From contig OZ255836.1 of the NCBI GenBank assembly GCA_965277715.1, forward strand, positions 1,632,001 through 1,696,000: 64,000 nucleotides of DNA. The letters are read 5' to 3'. Positions 20,201 through 29,048 of the stretch are shown in pieces. This stretch comes from Gammaproteobacteria bacterium. GTDB taxonomy: Bacteria > Pseudomonadota > Gammaproteobacteria > JBCCGL01. A program made the position numbers and the translations under genes. A model generated the notes under the pieces. That model was not told the DNA's origin and did not search any database. It was given only the letters and a program-made list of their open reading frames with translations. The first letter of the stretch is position 1, and each line of letters begins with the position of its first letter.

Positions 20201-23200
20201 CGAATCACCGCGATCTTGTAGATCTGCCCGGCCTGAAGCCGACTGTCCACAGACACGGCTTGCTCGCCGCCGTCCTCGCTTTGCTGCACAAAGCGAATAC
20301 CTCCGGCGGCGGTTAACAGTAGCCGATAGGGCACATCGGTTTGCTGATCCGGCTCCCCCTTGCCCAGCAGCAACTGCTCGCGATCAACACGGTCCGGCTT
20401 GACAATGATTTCAATAGTCAAGTCTTCGCTAAGACTCAGGGTGCTGGCGTGATCCACCTGTAAATAGTCATTAACCCCATCAAATTGCAACGCATAGGCC
20501 TGGTTATAAACTGCTGCCAGATGCCGCCAGTGGCGGTCGAACAAGGTGTCCGTGGTCTGAATAAAGCAACCGCCCAAGGCGGCAAAGGGTTGGTAAGCCA
20601 CCACCGGTGATGTGGTAAGCGCTGTCAGCGTCGTAGGAAAATTTTGTAAGGTACCGTTATACGAACTGCCGCCACTGCCGTAGTTATCGGCGGTGCCATC
20701 CAGCAAGGGCCAGTAGCCGAGCAGGGCCTGATCACCACGGTCGAGAGTGCCGTCCATGGCGGCGCTGACCTCGCTGGCGGTCAGGGGTTTTGTCCATAAC
20801 GCAGCACCGGCAATCTTGCCTTGCCAACGCTTGGTAGCACTAGTCTTGTGGGGGTTGCCGATATACCAATTTTGCGCGTTGGTTGCCAGTGCCTTATTAA
20901 GATCGCTGGCGGATTCCGCCACTTGGCTACCGTCGCGATAGACACGAATACGTTGACCATCGTAGGTCGCCGCGACATGCACCCACTGCCCGGTGGGAAA
21001 TGCAGTGGTGTCATTCACCAGATTCCAACTGCCAACGGAGAAACCAGCGCCCAATTTATCCCTGTCAACATACAGTATAAACGTACTAATATTGGAAGCA
21101 TCAAATTGCCGCGTAATAATGCCACGGTATCTGCCATTGGTGGCAGCACTACTATCCATCCAGACCCAGGCTTCCACGGTAATACCGTCAGCATAGGCTT
21201 CACTGCTGCCAGCAGCGTTGATTGTTACATACTCATAAGTGCCGCTAAAACTAAACCCCGCGTATCGATTGCGAATGCCCAGCGCATACCCGGTCGCCGC
21301 AGTATCAGTATAGTGGTGCACTACCCGCGCAATGGTGTTGGTCGTATTGCCATCGGGTTTAACCCAGGCTTCCAGAGTGGTATCACCGCCGCTGTCGAGC
21401 TGGTTGTTTTTAGCGTCCGGCAGCGCCAGATATTGACTGCCATCAAACGTGTAGGTGTTGCCCGGTGCCTGGGCGGTCCAGACGCCGCTCTGGCCATTTT
21501 TAGTGTTAACCGCAGTGCCGTTGGCAATTGCGCTGGTCACTGTGGTGGCCTTGGCGCGCAGCAGCAGCGAGCCTTTATGCAAGGCGTAGCGCGCCGGAGA
21601 CGCGCTGGCCTGGCTATAGTCGTAGGCAATCCAGTAAACTGCGTCATCGGCCGCCGCCGTCAGGGTGGTGCTTAACACCGCCAGACTGCTGGCGCCCTTG
21701 CCGGTCTCAGTGGCGACACTGGTTAATTCGCTGGTGCCCACTTGCAGTTTAGCGCCGGCGGGCAGCACCTGATTGAGTCCGTTGCCAGCCAGGCTCAGGC
21801 TGGTTACCGGTCCACTGACGGCGCTGCCCAAGGTGCCGATATACACCGGTTTGCTGGCCTCGCCGTTTAAAGCCTGTTCAAATCGTTTGGCATGGCGCGG
21901 CAGGTTTTGCCAGGTTTCGCTGATCCCCCGATCATTGTTAACAATGGTCAAGGTGCAGCTATCGGCATGGCTGCCGTCGGCCACGGTAATGAGGGTGGCC
22001 GACATTTCTGAACCACCGCTACGGGCCTGCAAAAACAGCTTGTCGCTGCCCGCCGCCAGGCTAAACAGGGCCTGGGCCGCGCAGGGGTTGTAATACACGG
22101 TAAAAAATTGTTTATTGGCACCGCGAAAATACAGCCCCAGCTGGCCATCGGCGCGGGCGAATAACTGCGGAGTGCCGCTAGTGCCGTCAGGGGAATTGTG
22201 GACATAGGCGAATTTAAGCAGGCTGCCGGATACCGTCAAGCCGGCCATATCGGTGGCCAATACCGGCATACTGCTGATCACGCCGCTGCCCAGGCTGTTT
22301 CGCAGCGCGGCGATATCCGCTTCCAGAGTTTGGATTTGTGCCAGGAGCGCGTTGTTATCAGGCGAGTAAAAATAGGCCGCGCCAGCATTAGATTTATTAT
22401 CAGGATCATCAATATCGGTATCATGCAAATAAGCCCCAGCCACGACGTAGTCACCAGATACGGCCACACTACGGCCAAAATTGTCAGAGACCGCAGCATC
22501 GCTGGCTGTAAGCTTGTTTTGCTCGCTCCATTTACCTGTGGTGGTATCCCGTTTAAACACATAGGCCGCGCCAGCTTTATCTTTCATATCCGTATTATGG
22601 AAATAAGATCCAATCACGGCGTAGTCACCGGATACGGCAACACTACCGCCAAAACGGTCATAGGCTGCGGCATCGCCCGCTATAAGCTTGTCTTGCTCGG
22701 GCCATTTACCCGTGGTGGTATCCCGTTTATACACATAGGCCACGCCAGTATTAGTATTGGTACCATCGTCATTAGCGCCAATCACCGCATAGTCACCGGA
22801 TATGGCAACACTCCTGCCAAAACTGTCAGAGGCAGCTAGGGCGGAGTTTCTGACTGTAAGCTTGTCTTGCTCGTTCCATTTACCCGTGGTGGTATCCCGT
22901 TTAAACACATAGGCCGCGCCAGCAGTACTATTATGTAAACTGGCTCCAATCACAGCGTAGTCACCGGATACGGCAACACTACCGCCAAAACGGTCATAGG
23001 CTGCGGCATCGCCCGCTATAAGCTTGTCTTGCTCGTTCCATTTACCCGTGGTGGTATCCCGTTTAAACACATAGGCTGCGCCAGCATAAGCATGAGTATC
23101 GCTATCGCTATAAGCCCCAATCACCGCGTAGTCACCGGATACGGCAACACTATGGCCAAAATAGTCACCGGCTACAGCGCCTCTGGCTATAAGCTTGTCT

Positions 23201-25590
23201 TGCTCGCGCCATTTACCTGTGGTGGTATCCCGTTTAAACACATAGGCCGCGCCAGCATCAGATTTATTATCGGTATCATGGTTTTCAGCCCCAATCACGG
23301 CATAGTCACCGGATACGGCAACGCTATAGCCAAAACTGTCAGAGTCTTTAGCATCTCCGGCCGTAAACTTGTCTTGCTCGCTCCATTTACCCGTGGTGGT
23401 ATCCCGTTTAAACACATAGGCCGCGCCAGTAGCATCATGGCGATAAGCCCCAATCACGGCGTAGTCACCGGATACAGCAACACTGCTGCCAAAATAGTCA
23501 TCAACTGCGGCGTCATTGGTTTTGCTGGCATCCGCAGTCGTCGTCCAGGGTGCATTGGCAAGCTGCACCCGCAAAGTGGCAAGCTGTGGCTCTTTGGCGG
23601 CAATCTGCTCCAACGTGCTATTGGTGTCGTTGTCCATTTCCGGCAGCGTTAGGCTATCCGGCAACTGCGCCAAACGCCCCTCGCGGGAAATACCTAGATC
23701 AACGCCGGCGATATAGGCGTTGTTATCCGTGCCAGCGCTGGCCGTGGTCGGCACCGCCAGCATCACCCGCGCCTGGTTTTTTAACGGTTTATCAACACCA
23801 CCATAATCACTGCTCAGGTTTTCCTGCTGGTGGTAAAGCAGGCTGCTTATCCCGGCGGCTATATTTCTGCCCTGGATGGCAAAACTGCCGCGGCGCATAC
23901 CGCTGCTATCGCCAATCGGTGCGGTGGAGGCGACCCAGGCCGGGGCGTTTTTCAGGCTGCCGTGGTGCGCATTGTCAGTTTGGTCATAGGCTATGGTGCC
24001 GTCGGCTTCGTCCAGCCGCCAGTAACCGTGCAAACCGCCTTCATTCCCTAGCAGGCGCTGATTTTTATACTGTTTGATGCTATCCGCTGAACGCGGTTGA
24101 TTCCAGAGCCTGACCTCATCAATTTTACCCTTCCAGTAAGGGGTACCCACGTCATCGAAGCGTTTCCCGATATACCACTTATCAAGGCTTGAGGATACCG
24201 GCGCTGTATTCAGGTCGCTGGCAGATGCGGCCACTTCTGTGCCATTACGGTACAGTCGAATACGTTCGCTGTCGTAGGTGGCGGCAATATGGAGCCATTG
24301 CCCGGTAGGGCAATCTATACTATCCACCACTTTATACCAGGTAGTATTACTAGCGCTGTAAAAACCGGCTTCTATTTTTCTCCCATGAAGATGTACAGAA
24401 AAGGTAATGGAGGTGTGTTGCGTAGAGGTACTGATATGTTGGTGGCTAATAATTCCACGCATATTGCTGTCAGGGGTGCCCGAATCCAGCCAGACCCAGG
24501 CTTCCACAGTAATGCCACTAGTAAAGGTTCCACTGTCGATAGAGGGCAGTTCCACATAGCCATTAATACCATCAAACTGCAAACAGCTTTCCGCATGACC
24601 GGACTCGTTGGCAATGGGCACTAGCGGTTGTTGGGTAAAGGGACAGGTGCCAGGGTTTTTCTGAAACACCGACTTCTGGTACTGGGGATCGGGGCTGGTG
24701 TAAAACTGTGTACCCCGGGTGTCGAACAAGCCCTCCGCGCTGCGCTCCAGATTCACCGTATCGATGCGCTGCGTAAGGCTGTTATAGGCAAATATCTGCC
24801 AGCGTTTGATTTCCGCCACCTGAGTGGGCAATAACATCACGCTAAAACGGCCCTCGCTTAACTGCTGGATAAAATCCAGTTCCTGAGTGGGTTCGTAAAA
24901 GGGGTTTTTCTCCATATCCATCGCGCCGAGGCTGTCTTTGGCGCCTTCAGATACGCTTTTATGGCGGCTGCGGCGGTAGCGGATTTCGCGTACAACCAGC
25001 AGACGGTTGCTGGACAACACAAAACGGTCCGCCAGCAGGGTTTGGTCGACCAACGGTACGTTACTGCCACCACTGGTCACAAAATCGCTGCGGGAGGTAT
25101 CGCCGGAGCACTGACCATTAGTGAGTTTATACACCATATCGGCGTCGTTATTGGCCAGCGATTGCCGAAACAGATAAATATGCTGGCCGTCGGACAGCAC
25201 CTGAAACGGCGCATCAGCGGTCAGGCGCGCGGTGCTGGACAGAAACATATTGTGCTCTTCCAGCGATAACGGTAATTCCGCCAGCGCGGCTTCATTACGG
25301 GTGTCTTTTTTCACTGCTGGCATCAAGGTATTGGGGATCAGGCTATAGCCGACCTGGGTGATCTCCGCCGGGAACAGCAGTGGCACCGGGTCGGCAGACC
25401 AGTAATTAAAATCCAGTTCGCTGGTTTTGCCCTTGCTGTTATCGGTGTCCAGCACGACGTAATAGATTTGCCGATTTTCATCCATGGCAAAAGCAAACAC
25501 CTTGCCCTGATGGCGAACCATGGTGGGGTATTTATAGGTTTTATCGGTGTAGGTTTTCGAAAAGTATTGGTCTAAGTTGAGGTTTTTCAT
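17203..25590 (-). CDS. Giant (~2795 aa) multi-LamG and FG-GAP beta-propeller protein of unknown function
   Basis: LamG motifs (FDG..YV, TVEAWV, W.H.AATYD, GKIDEVRLW) and seven FG.SVAVSGDYAVIGA repeats; ATG 25590 preceded by CAGGAG. Confidence 0.85.
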   Translation of the reverse strand: MKNLNLDQYFSKTYTDKTYKYPTMVRHQGKVFAFAMDENRQIYYVVLDTDNSKGKTSELDFNYWSADPVPLLFPAEITQVGYSLIPNTLMPAVKKDTRNEAALAELPLSLEEHNMFLSSTARLTADAPFQVLSDGQHIYLFRQSLANNDADMVYKLTNGQCSGDTSRSDFVTSGGSNVPLVDQTLLADRFVLSSNRLLVVREIRYRRSRHKSVSEGAKDSLGAMDMEKNPFYEPTQELDFIQQLSEGRFSVMLLPTQVAEIKRWQIFAYNSLTQRIDTVNLERSAEGLFDTRGTQFYTSPDPQYQKSVFQKNPGTCPFTQQPLVPIANESGHAESCLQFDGINGYVELPSIDSGTFTSGITVEAWVWLDSGTPDSNMRGIISHQHISTSTQHTSITFSVHLHGRKIEAGFYSASNTTWYKVVDSIDCPTGQWLHIAATYDSERIRLYRNGTEVAASASDLNTAPVSSSLDKWYIGKRFDDVGTPYWKGKIDEVRLWNQPRSADSIKQYKNQRLLGNEGGLHGYWRLDEADGTIAYDQTDNAHHGSLKNAPAWVASTAPIGDSSGMRRGSFAIQGRNIAAGISSLLYHQQENLSSDYGGVDKPLKNQARVMLAVPTTASAGTDNNAYIAGVDLGISREGRLAQLPDSLTLPEMDNDTNSTLEQIAAKEPQLATLRVQLANAPWTTTADASKTNDAAVDDYFGSSVAVSGDYAVIGAYRHDATGAAYVFKRDTTTGKWSEQDKFTAGDAKDSDSFGYSVAVSGDYAVIGAENHDTDNKSDAGAAYVFKRDTTTGKWREQDKLIARGAVAGDYFGHSVAVSGDYAVIGAYSDSDTHAYAGAAYVFKRDTTTGKWNEQDKLIAGDAAAYDRFGGSVAVSGDYAVIGASLHNSTAGAAYVFKRDTTTGKWNEQDKLTVRNSALAASDSFGRSVAISGDYAVIGANDDGTNTNTGVAYVYKRDTTTGKWPEQDKLIAGDAAAYDRFGGSVAVSGDYAVIGSYFHNTDMKDKAGAAYVFKRDTTTGKWSEQNKLTASDAAVSDNFGRSVAVSGDYVVAGAYLHDTDIDDPDNKSNAGAAYFYSPDNNALLAQIQTLEADIAALRNSLGSGVISSMPVLATDMAGLTVSGSLLKFAYVHNSPDGTSGTPQLFARADGQLGLYFRGANKQFFTVYYNPCAAQALFSLAAGSDKLFLQARSGGSEMSATLITVADGSHADSCTLTIVNNDRGISETWQNLPRHAKRFEQALNGEASKPVYIGTLGSAVSGPVTSLSLAGNGLNQVLPAGAKLQVGTSELTSVATETGKGASSLAVLSTTLTAAADDAVYWIAYDYSQASASPARYALHKGSLLLRAKATTVTSAIANGTAVNTKNGQSGVWTAQAPGNTYTFDGSQYLALPDAKNNQLDSGGDTTLEAWVKPDGNTTNTIARVVHHYTDTAATGYALGIRNRYAGFSFSGTYEYVTINAAGSSEAYADGITVEAWVWMDSSAATNGRYRGIITRQFDASNISTFILYVDRDKLGAGFSVGSWNLVNDTTAFPTGQWVHVAATYDGQRIRVYRDGSQVAESASDLNKALATNAQNWYIGNPHKTSATKRWQGKIAGAALWTKPLTASEVSAAMDGTLDRGDQALLGYWPLLDGTADNYGSGGSSYNGTLQNFPTTLTALTTSPVVAYQPFAALGGCFIQTTDTLFDRHWRHLAAVYNQAYALQFDGVNDYLQVDHASTLSLSEDLTIEIIVKPDRVDREQLLLGKGEPDQQTDVPYRLLLTAAGGIRFVQQSEDGGEQAVSVDSRLQAGQIYKIAVIRRKRNDLPGMGNAGMSGSNDVTGIATGGDYSSSEIENIDDAIRDDYVQGKKGRKLQLENQRGGSALPTDLSSFTQGMMTSRLEVEIYLDGVQVASTTFDPANIAQQNQAVVQIGGSGKKDLFQDCFQGAITELRLWSQARGQEQLHREVKADDYGLVAWWQLEENQGNLAADSKGGHHAIIKGAQWIKDPRPEGSSLSLYVNGSEQQTTALAATDVLVTGDWGDPQFTLGAKRSSSGSTVNAADAFKGELEEVRIWRQARTQEQILDNVFTRLKEDKQDLLACYSFDSTTDTEILDSGLQANNLLLGAANAPAKTLSSAPISSDTARVRSALAGVRTAFHRPIGSAPTVAEYGDMQYDAAGQFLGVMKRCYGYIDDQGWQLVTGYKVGNLVREWVGQAQFDPQIIGFIEGPPPVPSENMTFGTAGTGGKNYEGRGAGVTFSQADDVTYSYSSGRENGYKSSLELDSAMGGAFDISTMIAPLGFGIALKLKGKFALKGNMKFESAGNWATEQGFSSGRNLSRDLEVSLGGNWEDPDTSKQHNNYQGRRWDPANMGTALVQSETADIYALRLKHNNALVSYSIQPNPDIPRDWNLLGFPLNPRYIKQGTLDGKIGYKADGSVCLDSNYPQAASYGEYSYYKPSEAYVLKRRIEQERQRLQSYYENFDASPISGPFAETIKNSGSLMGGVMGGAAGLAALNFTPLGPLANLAAAAMSIGTTFNGLGDALNNNVELAKKFAQRNLANTYVWTADGGFYAETTETIDVVQESASGGIGFTSGFSRGMKIELESPLAMEFEMKAGIEANVTNTRSRSKEATRTFSLDVSVNPSGDMQYHDPASGAGQYNVDGTPQNVHGRVDAYRFMTFYLDNSSDNFDELYNKVVDPIWLEQSSSANAMALRQARNDDKKPACWRVLHRVTFVSRVLPPFNDSAPSSLEKTMQASNISSNWELIKRLEPFVRDKANQPALFTTAVHNAVDAYLPELSPHKTEIVGYLMLYFGVK
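22367..23520. repeat. Seven near-identical FG-GAP repeats of about 160-175 bp
   Basis: CCATTTACC.GTGGTGGTATCCCGTTTA recurs six times; seven FG.SVA.SGDY blades. Confidence 0.9.
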
Positions 25591-26014
25591 AACATCTATC
25601 TCCTGATTTAGCGTCCCGACACGTCGGGTTGCTGCGCGATACTCAATTGTTGGGTTGATTTTAAGTGTATGCAGCCCGGATTTTAGTACTTCATGTTTTG
25701 TCACTGATTTCTCACATTTTGTCATTGATTTATTCATCCATAAATAACATCCACGCAGGGTATGATCAGCGCAGAACATCGGCGTACCCAGGCGCTGAAG
25801 GCGCAGATGCAAAGGCTGGAAAGGCTGGAAAGGGAGAAAACGATATTAAAAAAGGCATCAACGCTGTTGATGTCGGGGGCGTACAACAGTTCGCTATGAT
25901 GGATACATTAAGCGTGAGATAGACACAGGATGGACTATTACGGGTGTTTAGCGTTGCCCGCAGTAGCTACACCTGCCGCAACCGCTAACGCGCTAAGGTA
26001 AAGCCGCAGAGAGA

Positions 26015-26075
26015 TGGTGCCCGGAGCCGGACTCGAACCGGCACGGTGTTTCCACCGAGGGATTTTAAGTCCCTT
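26015..26075 (-). pseudogene. leuZ: 3' half of the split host tRNA-Leu(TAA), at the distal att junction
   Basis: AAGGGACTTAAAATCCCTCGGTGGAAACACCGTGCCGGTTCGAGTCCGGCTCCGGGCACCA; lacks the D-arm and 5' acceptor strand. Confidence 0.9.
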
Positions 26076-26110
26076 ACCTTATTAGAGTTTACGCGGCTTG
26101 TAGTGCAGTA

Positions 26111-26143
26111 TGTGTAAGTGTCTGTGCAATAATGGCGTGCAAG
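26111..26143. promoter_or_regulatory. Putative integrase arm-type sites (left)
   Basis: TGTGTAAG, TGTGCAAT, CGTGCAAG; the same motif occurs at 40221-40249. Confidence 0.6.
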
Positions 26144-26211
26144 GCAAGAATTTCCCATATCCGTACATGGTTAATATTTGAACAAATTTAATTCGAATTA
26201 GTCCCCCGATT

Positions 26212-27123
26212 CTACACTTGCGCTAAACCAAGTACCCGGCGTACAGCATTATCCAGTTCTTCACCACTTGGAAGGTTCGCCCCGGTCACAAAACGTTGAG
26301 AGAATTCTTCAAGCTGAAACCGTAGCTCACGCTCAATTATAATGTGCCGTTGTTGACCATGTTCAACGGGTTCAGATAGTTCATAAGTGTGGACTGTCAA
26401 AACGTCCGGGGCTTTTGAATCAACAAGCGGTATATCCGCCCCAATCACATCTTCAAACTTTTTATAAACGATTTCAGGAAGAACAAAATACAGACCGCTT
26501 GAAACCATATTTGACCGTGAATAGATCAACCCCTTACGGATTAACTGCGGTATTAGTCGCTTGTGGACGTTCGCCCAGTTCATACCATGACTAGACTTTG
26601 GAATTACAGTATTGGGATCGTTTAAGTTCTTATATGCGTACCAGTTATCCCGGTAATTACCTGTAATGTCGATACTTTGAACTTCAATTCCCACGTATTC
26701 GACAAGTTCGCCATTAGAAACCTTGGCTAGTACCCAATCCATTGAAAGGTGGGTCCCTAATTTGACTTCCTTGCCAGACGTTTGACCAAGGGCAACGATA
26801 CATTCTCTAACATCGTTACGCCGTGGAATATATTCTTCGTAGGTTAAGAATTCTGTGTTGTTACCGAAAGCATCGTGGGCAACTTTCTTTAATGATGCAT
26901 ATTTATTTTCATAGAGTCGGTTCGGGCAGATAACACAATCACCATACGGGGACGTTACGCTACAAGTACCGTATGTAATGGTTTTATCGTGATTCGATTT
27001 TGTACACGCTTTTTCAACAAAGGGACAAGCGCCCAAGTTCCATAAACTTCGGCTTGTCTTGCTTAGGTCATCTGGTGCATACCCAAATATTTCAACTATA
27101 TCTTTGTTAGGTCTTTGGACCAT
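26212..27123 (-). CDS. NotI-family type II restriction endonuclease
   Basis: EIFG, Cys4 CPF..C.K..GTCSV..ICPNR, MDWVL..GIEVQSIDITGNY, NWANVHKRLIPQL. Confidence 0.88.
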   Translation of the reverse strand: MVQRPNKDIVEIFGYAPDDLSKTSRSLWNLGACPFVEKACTKSNHDKTITYGTCSVTSPYGDCVICPNRLYENKYASLKKVAHDAFGNNTEFLTYEEYIPRRNDVRECIVALGQTSGKEVKLGTHLSMDWVLAKVSNGELVEYVGIEVQSIDITGNYRDNWYAYKNLNDPNTVIPKSSHGMNWANVHKRLIPQLIRKGLIYSRSNMVSSGLYFVLPEIVYKKFEDVIGADIPLVDSKAPDVLTVHTYELSEPVEHGQQRHIIIERELRFQLEEFSQRFVTGANLPSGEELDNAVRRVLGLAQV

Positions 27124-27126
27124 TGA

Positions 27127-28293
27127 TTACATTCCTATCATTGTTCTTATTTGGTCACCGATTGCTTTAGCCATTAATGGCGGTACAGCATTTCCAACCT
27201 GCTCGTATTGTTGTGTAACGCTACCCGTGAACTTGTAGTGGTCGGGGAACGATTGTATACGTGCAGCTTCACGAATTGAAATTACTCGGTCTTGTGTAGG
27301 GTGGAAAAAACTTCCCCAGTGCGGGTCACACTTTGTTAGTACAGTTGAACACAAGGCTTCAGGGTGAAGCCGACCATAGCGTTTGGTGTGGTCACTACGG
27401 CGCGCACGTTTTAAACCGGCTGGTAATAGGTCAAAAGGTATATCACGCCAACTTCCACCTTGGGGAATATGCTTCAGGCGCTCAAGATTAACATTACCTA
27501 AATTCGCACAACTATGATTTTCAACAGTTGCAGCACCGTTACGAACAATTTTTTGAAAATCTGATTTTGCTTTAGTTGCATACTTTAAAGGACCGTTCTT
27601 ACTTCCACTTTTAATTTCGGGTAAATCTGAGATTGCATCCCATACACCTGTTTGATCTTTCAATACTGATGCAAACAACGGCGGAACACTGATACAAAGT
27701 TCTTTTGCACCAGAAAAGTTAGCAACGGCTTTAGCGTTATATTCAGGTTCGGGGAATTCAATTTTCAAACCATTTTTCCTTTTAACCCCTATAAAGATAG
27801 TTCTAAACCGCATTTGTGGAACCCCATAATGACCGGCAAATAAAATACGGTGACTTACTGAGTATCCAAGTGATTCAAGTTCTTTGTAAATCTGCTCAAC
27901 AACTGTTCCTTGACCAAGTTGAACAATACCGGGAACATTTTCAATTAAAACGGCTTTAGGCTTAAGCGTAGCTGCAACCCGTAAGAAGTCCTTAAACAAA
28001 TGATTTCTTGAATCATCCAGTGTTCGGATTGGTGCATTTACGGAAAACCCTTGGCATGGGGGTCCACCGGCAAGTAGATCAAGTTCACCAACCTTTAAAC
28101 CAAGTGATTTTTTCAGGTTACGTTCACAAACTTGGCGAACATCGCCAACGACTACTTCGGTATTGGGGTTATTTTCCATATATGTGTTTGCGTATTGCTC
28201 AACAAGTTCGTTGGCTAACACTGTTTGAAACCCTGCCATTTCTAAACCACACGACAAACCACCAGCACCCGCAAATAAGTCAACTGACTTCAT
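27127..28293 (-). CDS. DNA (cytosine-5)-methyltransferase
   Basis: DLFAGAGG, GGPPCQGFS, ENVPG, PQ.R.R, REAARIQSFPD, QVGNAVPP. Confidence 0.95.
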   Translation of the reverse strand: MKSVDLFAGAGGLSCGLEMAGFQTVLANELVEQYANTYMENNPNTEVVVGDVRQVCERNLKKSLGLKVGELDLLAGGPPCQGFSVNAPIRTLDDSRNHLFKDFLRVAATLKPKAVLIENVPGIVQLGQGTVVEQIYKELESLGYSVSHRILFAGHYGVPQMRFRTIFIGVKRKNGLKIEFPEPEYNAKAVANFSGAKELCISVPPLFASVLKDQTGVWDAISDLPEIKSGSKNGPLKYATKAKSDFQKIVRNGAATVENHSCANLGNVNLERLKHIPQGGSWRDIPFDLLPAGLKRARRSDHTKRYGRLHPEALCSTVLTKCDPHWGSFFHPTQDRVISIREAARIQSFPDHYKFTGSVTQQYEQVGNAVPPLMAKAIGDQIRTMIGM

Positions 28294-28304
28294 TAGTGTC
28301 TGCC

Positions 28305-28550
28305 CTATACAAAATCATGCCCACAACTGGACGCTTTAAAATCTAATAACACTTTGGGATTAACTTTCAGGGCTTCAGCAATACGGCATATATTCCGCAA
28401 GCTGATATTTCGTTCACCACGTTCAACGCTACTAACATAAGTCCTATCAAGCCCTGCTTGGGTTGCAAGTTGTTCTTGGTTCAAGCCGGTCTTCTTTCGT
28501 AATAGTCGTAAGTTTTCGCCAAATGGAGCAAGCGGGTCAGTATCAACCAC
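28305..28550 (-). CDS. XRE-family HTH protein, probable R-M controller (C) protein
   Basis: FGENLR.LR...LNQEQLA..AGLDRTYVSSVERGERNISL; directly upstream of M and R. Confidence 0.8.
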   Translation of the reverse strand: MVDTDPLAPFGENLRLLRKKTGLNQEQLATQAGLDRTYVSSVERGERNISLRNICRIAEALKVNPKVLLDFKASSCGHDFV

Positions 28551-28773
28551 GTGGAATCCCCGAAAAGAATGTTATGGTTCCAAAAAGTTGACTTTACGTC
28601 ACATTTGTTGATATGTACACCAAAATAAGTGCTAATGATTTTAAAACCCAAGCAAACATAGGGAGAATGCCATTTAGGGCTTGAAAAATAATCAAAAAGC
28701 CCAATATATGGGTTAAATCTGGATTTGCAGTACCAGATAGCAGTTTTCACTAACTAACAAAGGTACAGGCACC

Positions 28774-29004
28774 ATGGGTAAGAAAGTCATAGACGCCAAA
28801 GAAGACAATAAGGGCAACATCACCGCAGTAAAATTATCAGGGAACAGTTCATTCACCCCTGTTGAAACTGCCATAAAAATGGCTGATAAGGGGCAAATAG
28901 ACAATGCTCATGCGGTCCATCCCAAAAGCGGCGCTAAAGATCACCTAAGAACCAATCCAGATAACCGGAAGGGTAACAACTTGGACGAAATGGCAAAGGA
29001 CTAA
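28774..29004 (+). CDS. DUF3892-family small protein
   Basis: GNITAVKL...HLRTNPDNRKGNNLDEM. Confidence 0.75.
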   Translation: MGKKVIDAKEDNKGNITAVKLSGNSSFTPVETAIKMADKGQIDNAHAVHPKSGAKDHLRTNPDNRKGNNLDEMAKD

Positions 29005-29048
29005 TGCCCCATCAACAAAACTAACAACTTTATGCGAGAAGGATTTTT

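Noticed and set aside
22367-23520. Constant-plus-variable repeats as a CRISPR array or DGR target
   Set aside because: The repeats are in-frame FG-GAP blades of about 165 bp. There are no cas genes, reverse transcriptase or separate template repeat in the window.
25591-25812. N-terminal 74-aa extension of the giant protein (also the long starts given for rep, grpE, yajQ and gpS)
   Set aside because: Better RBS or family-typical N-termini lie at downstream starts.
26015-26075. Ordinary att duplication of the 3' end of the intact tRNA-Leu at 40378
   Set aside because: Its sequence does not match that tRNA; it complements the 5' half at 40476-40517 instead.
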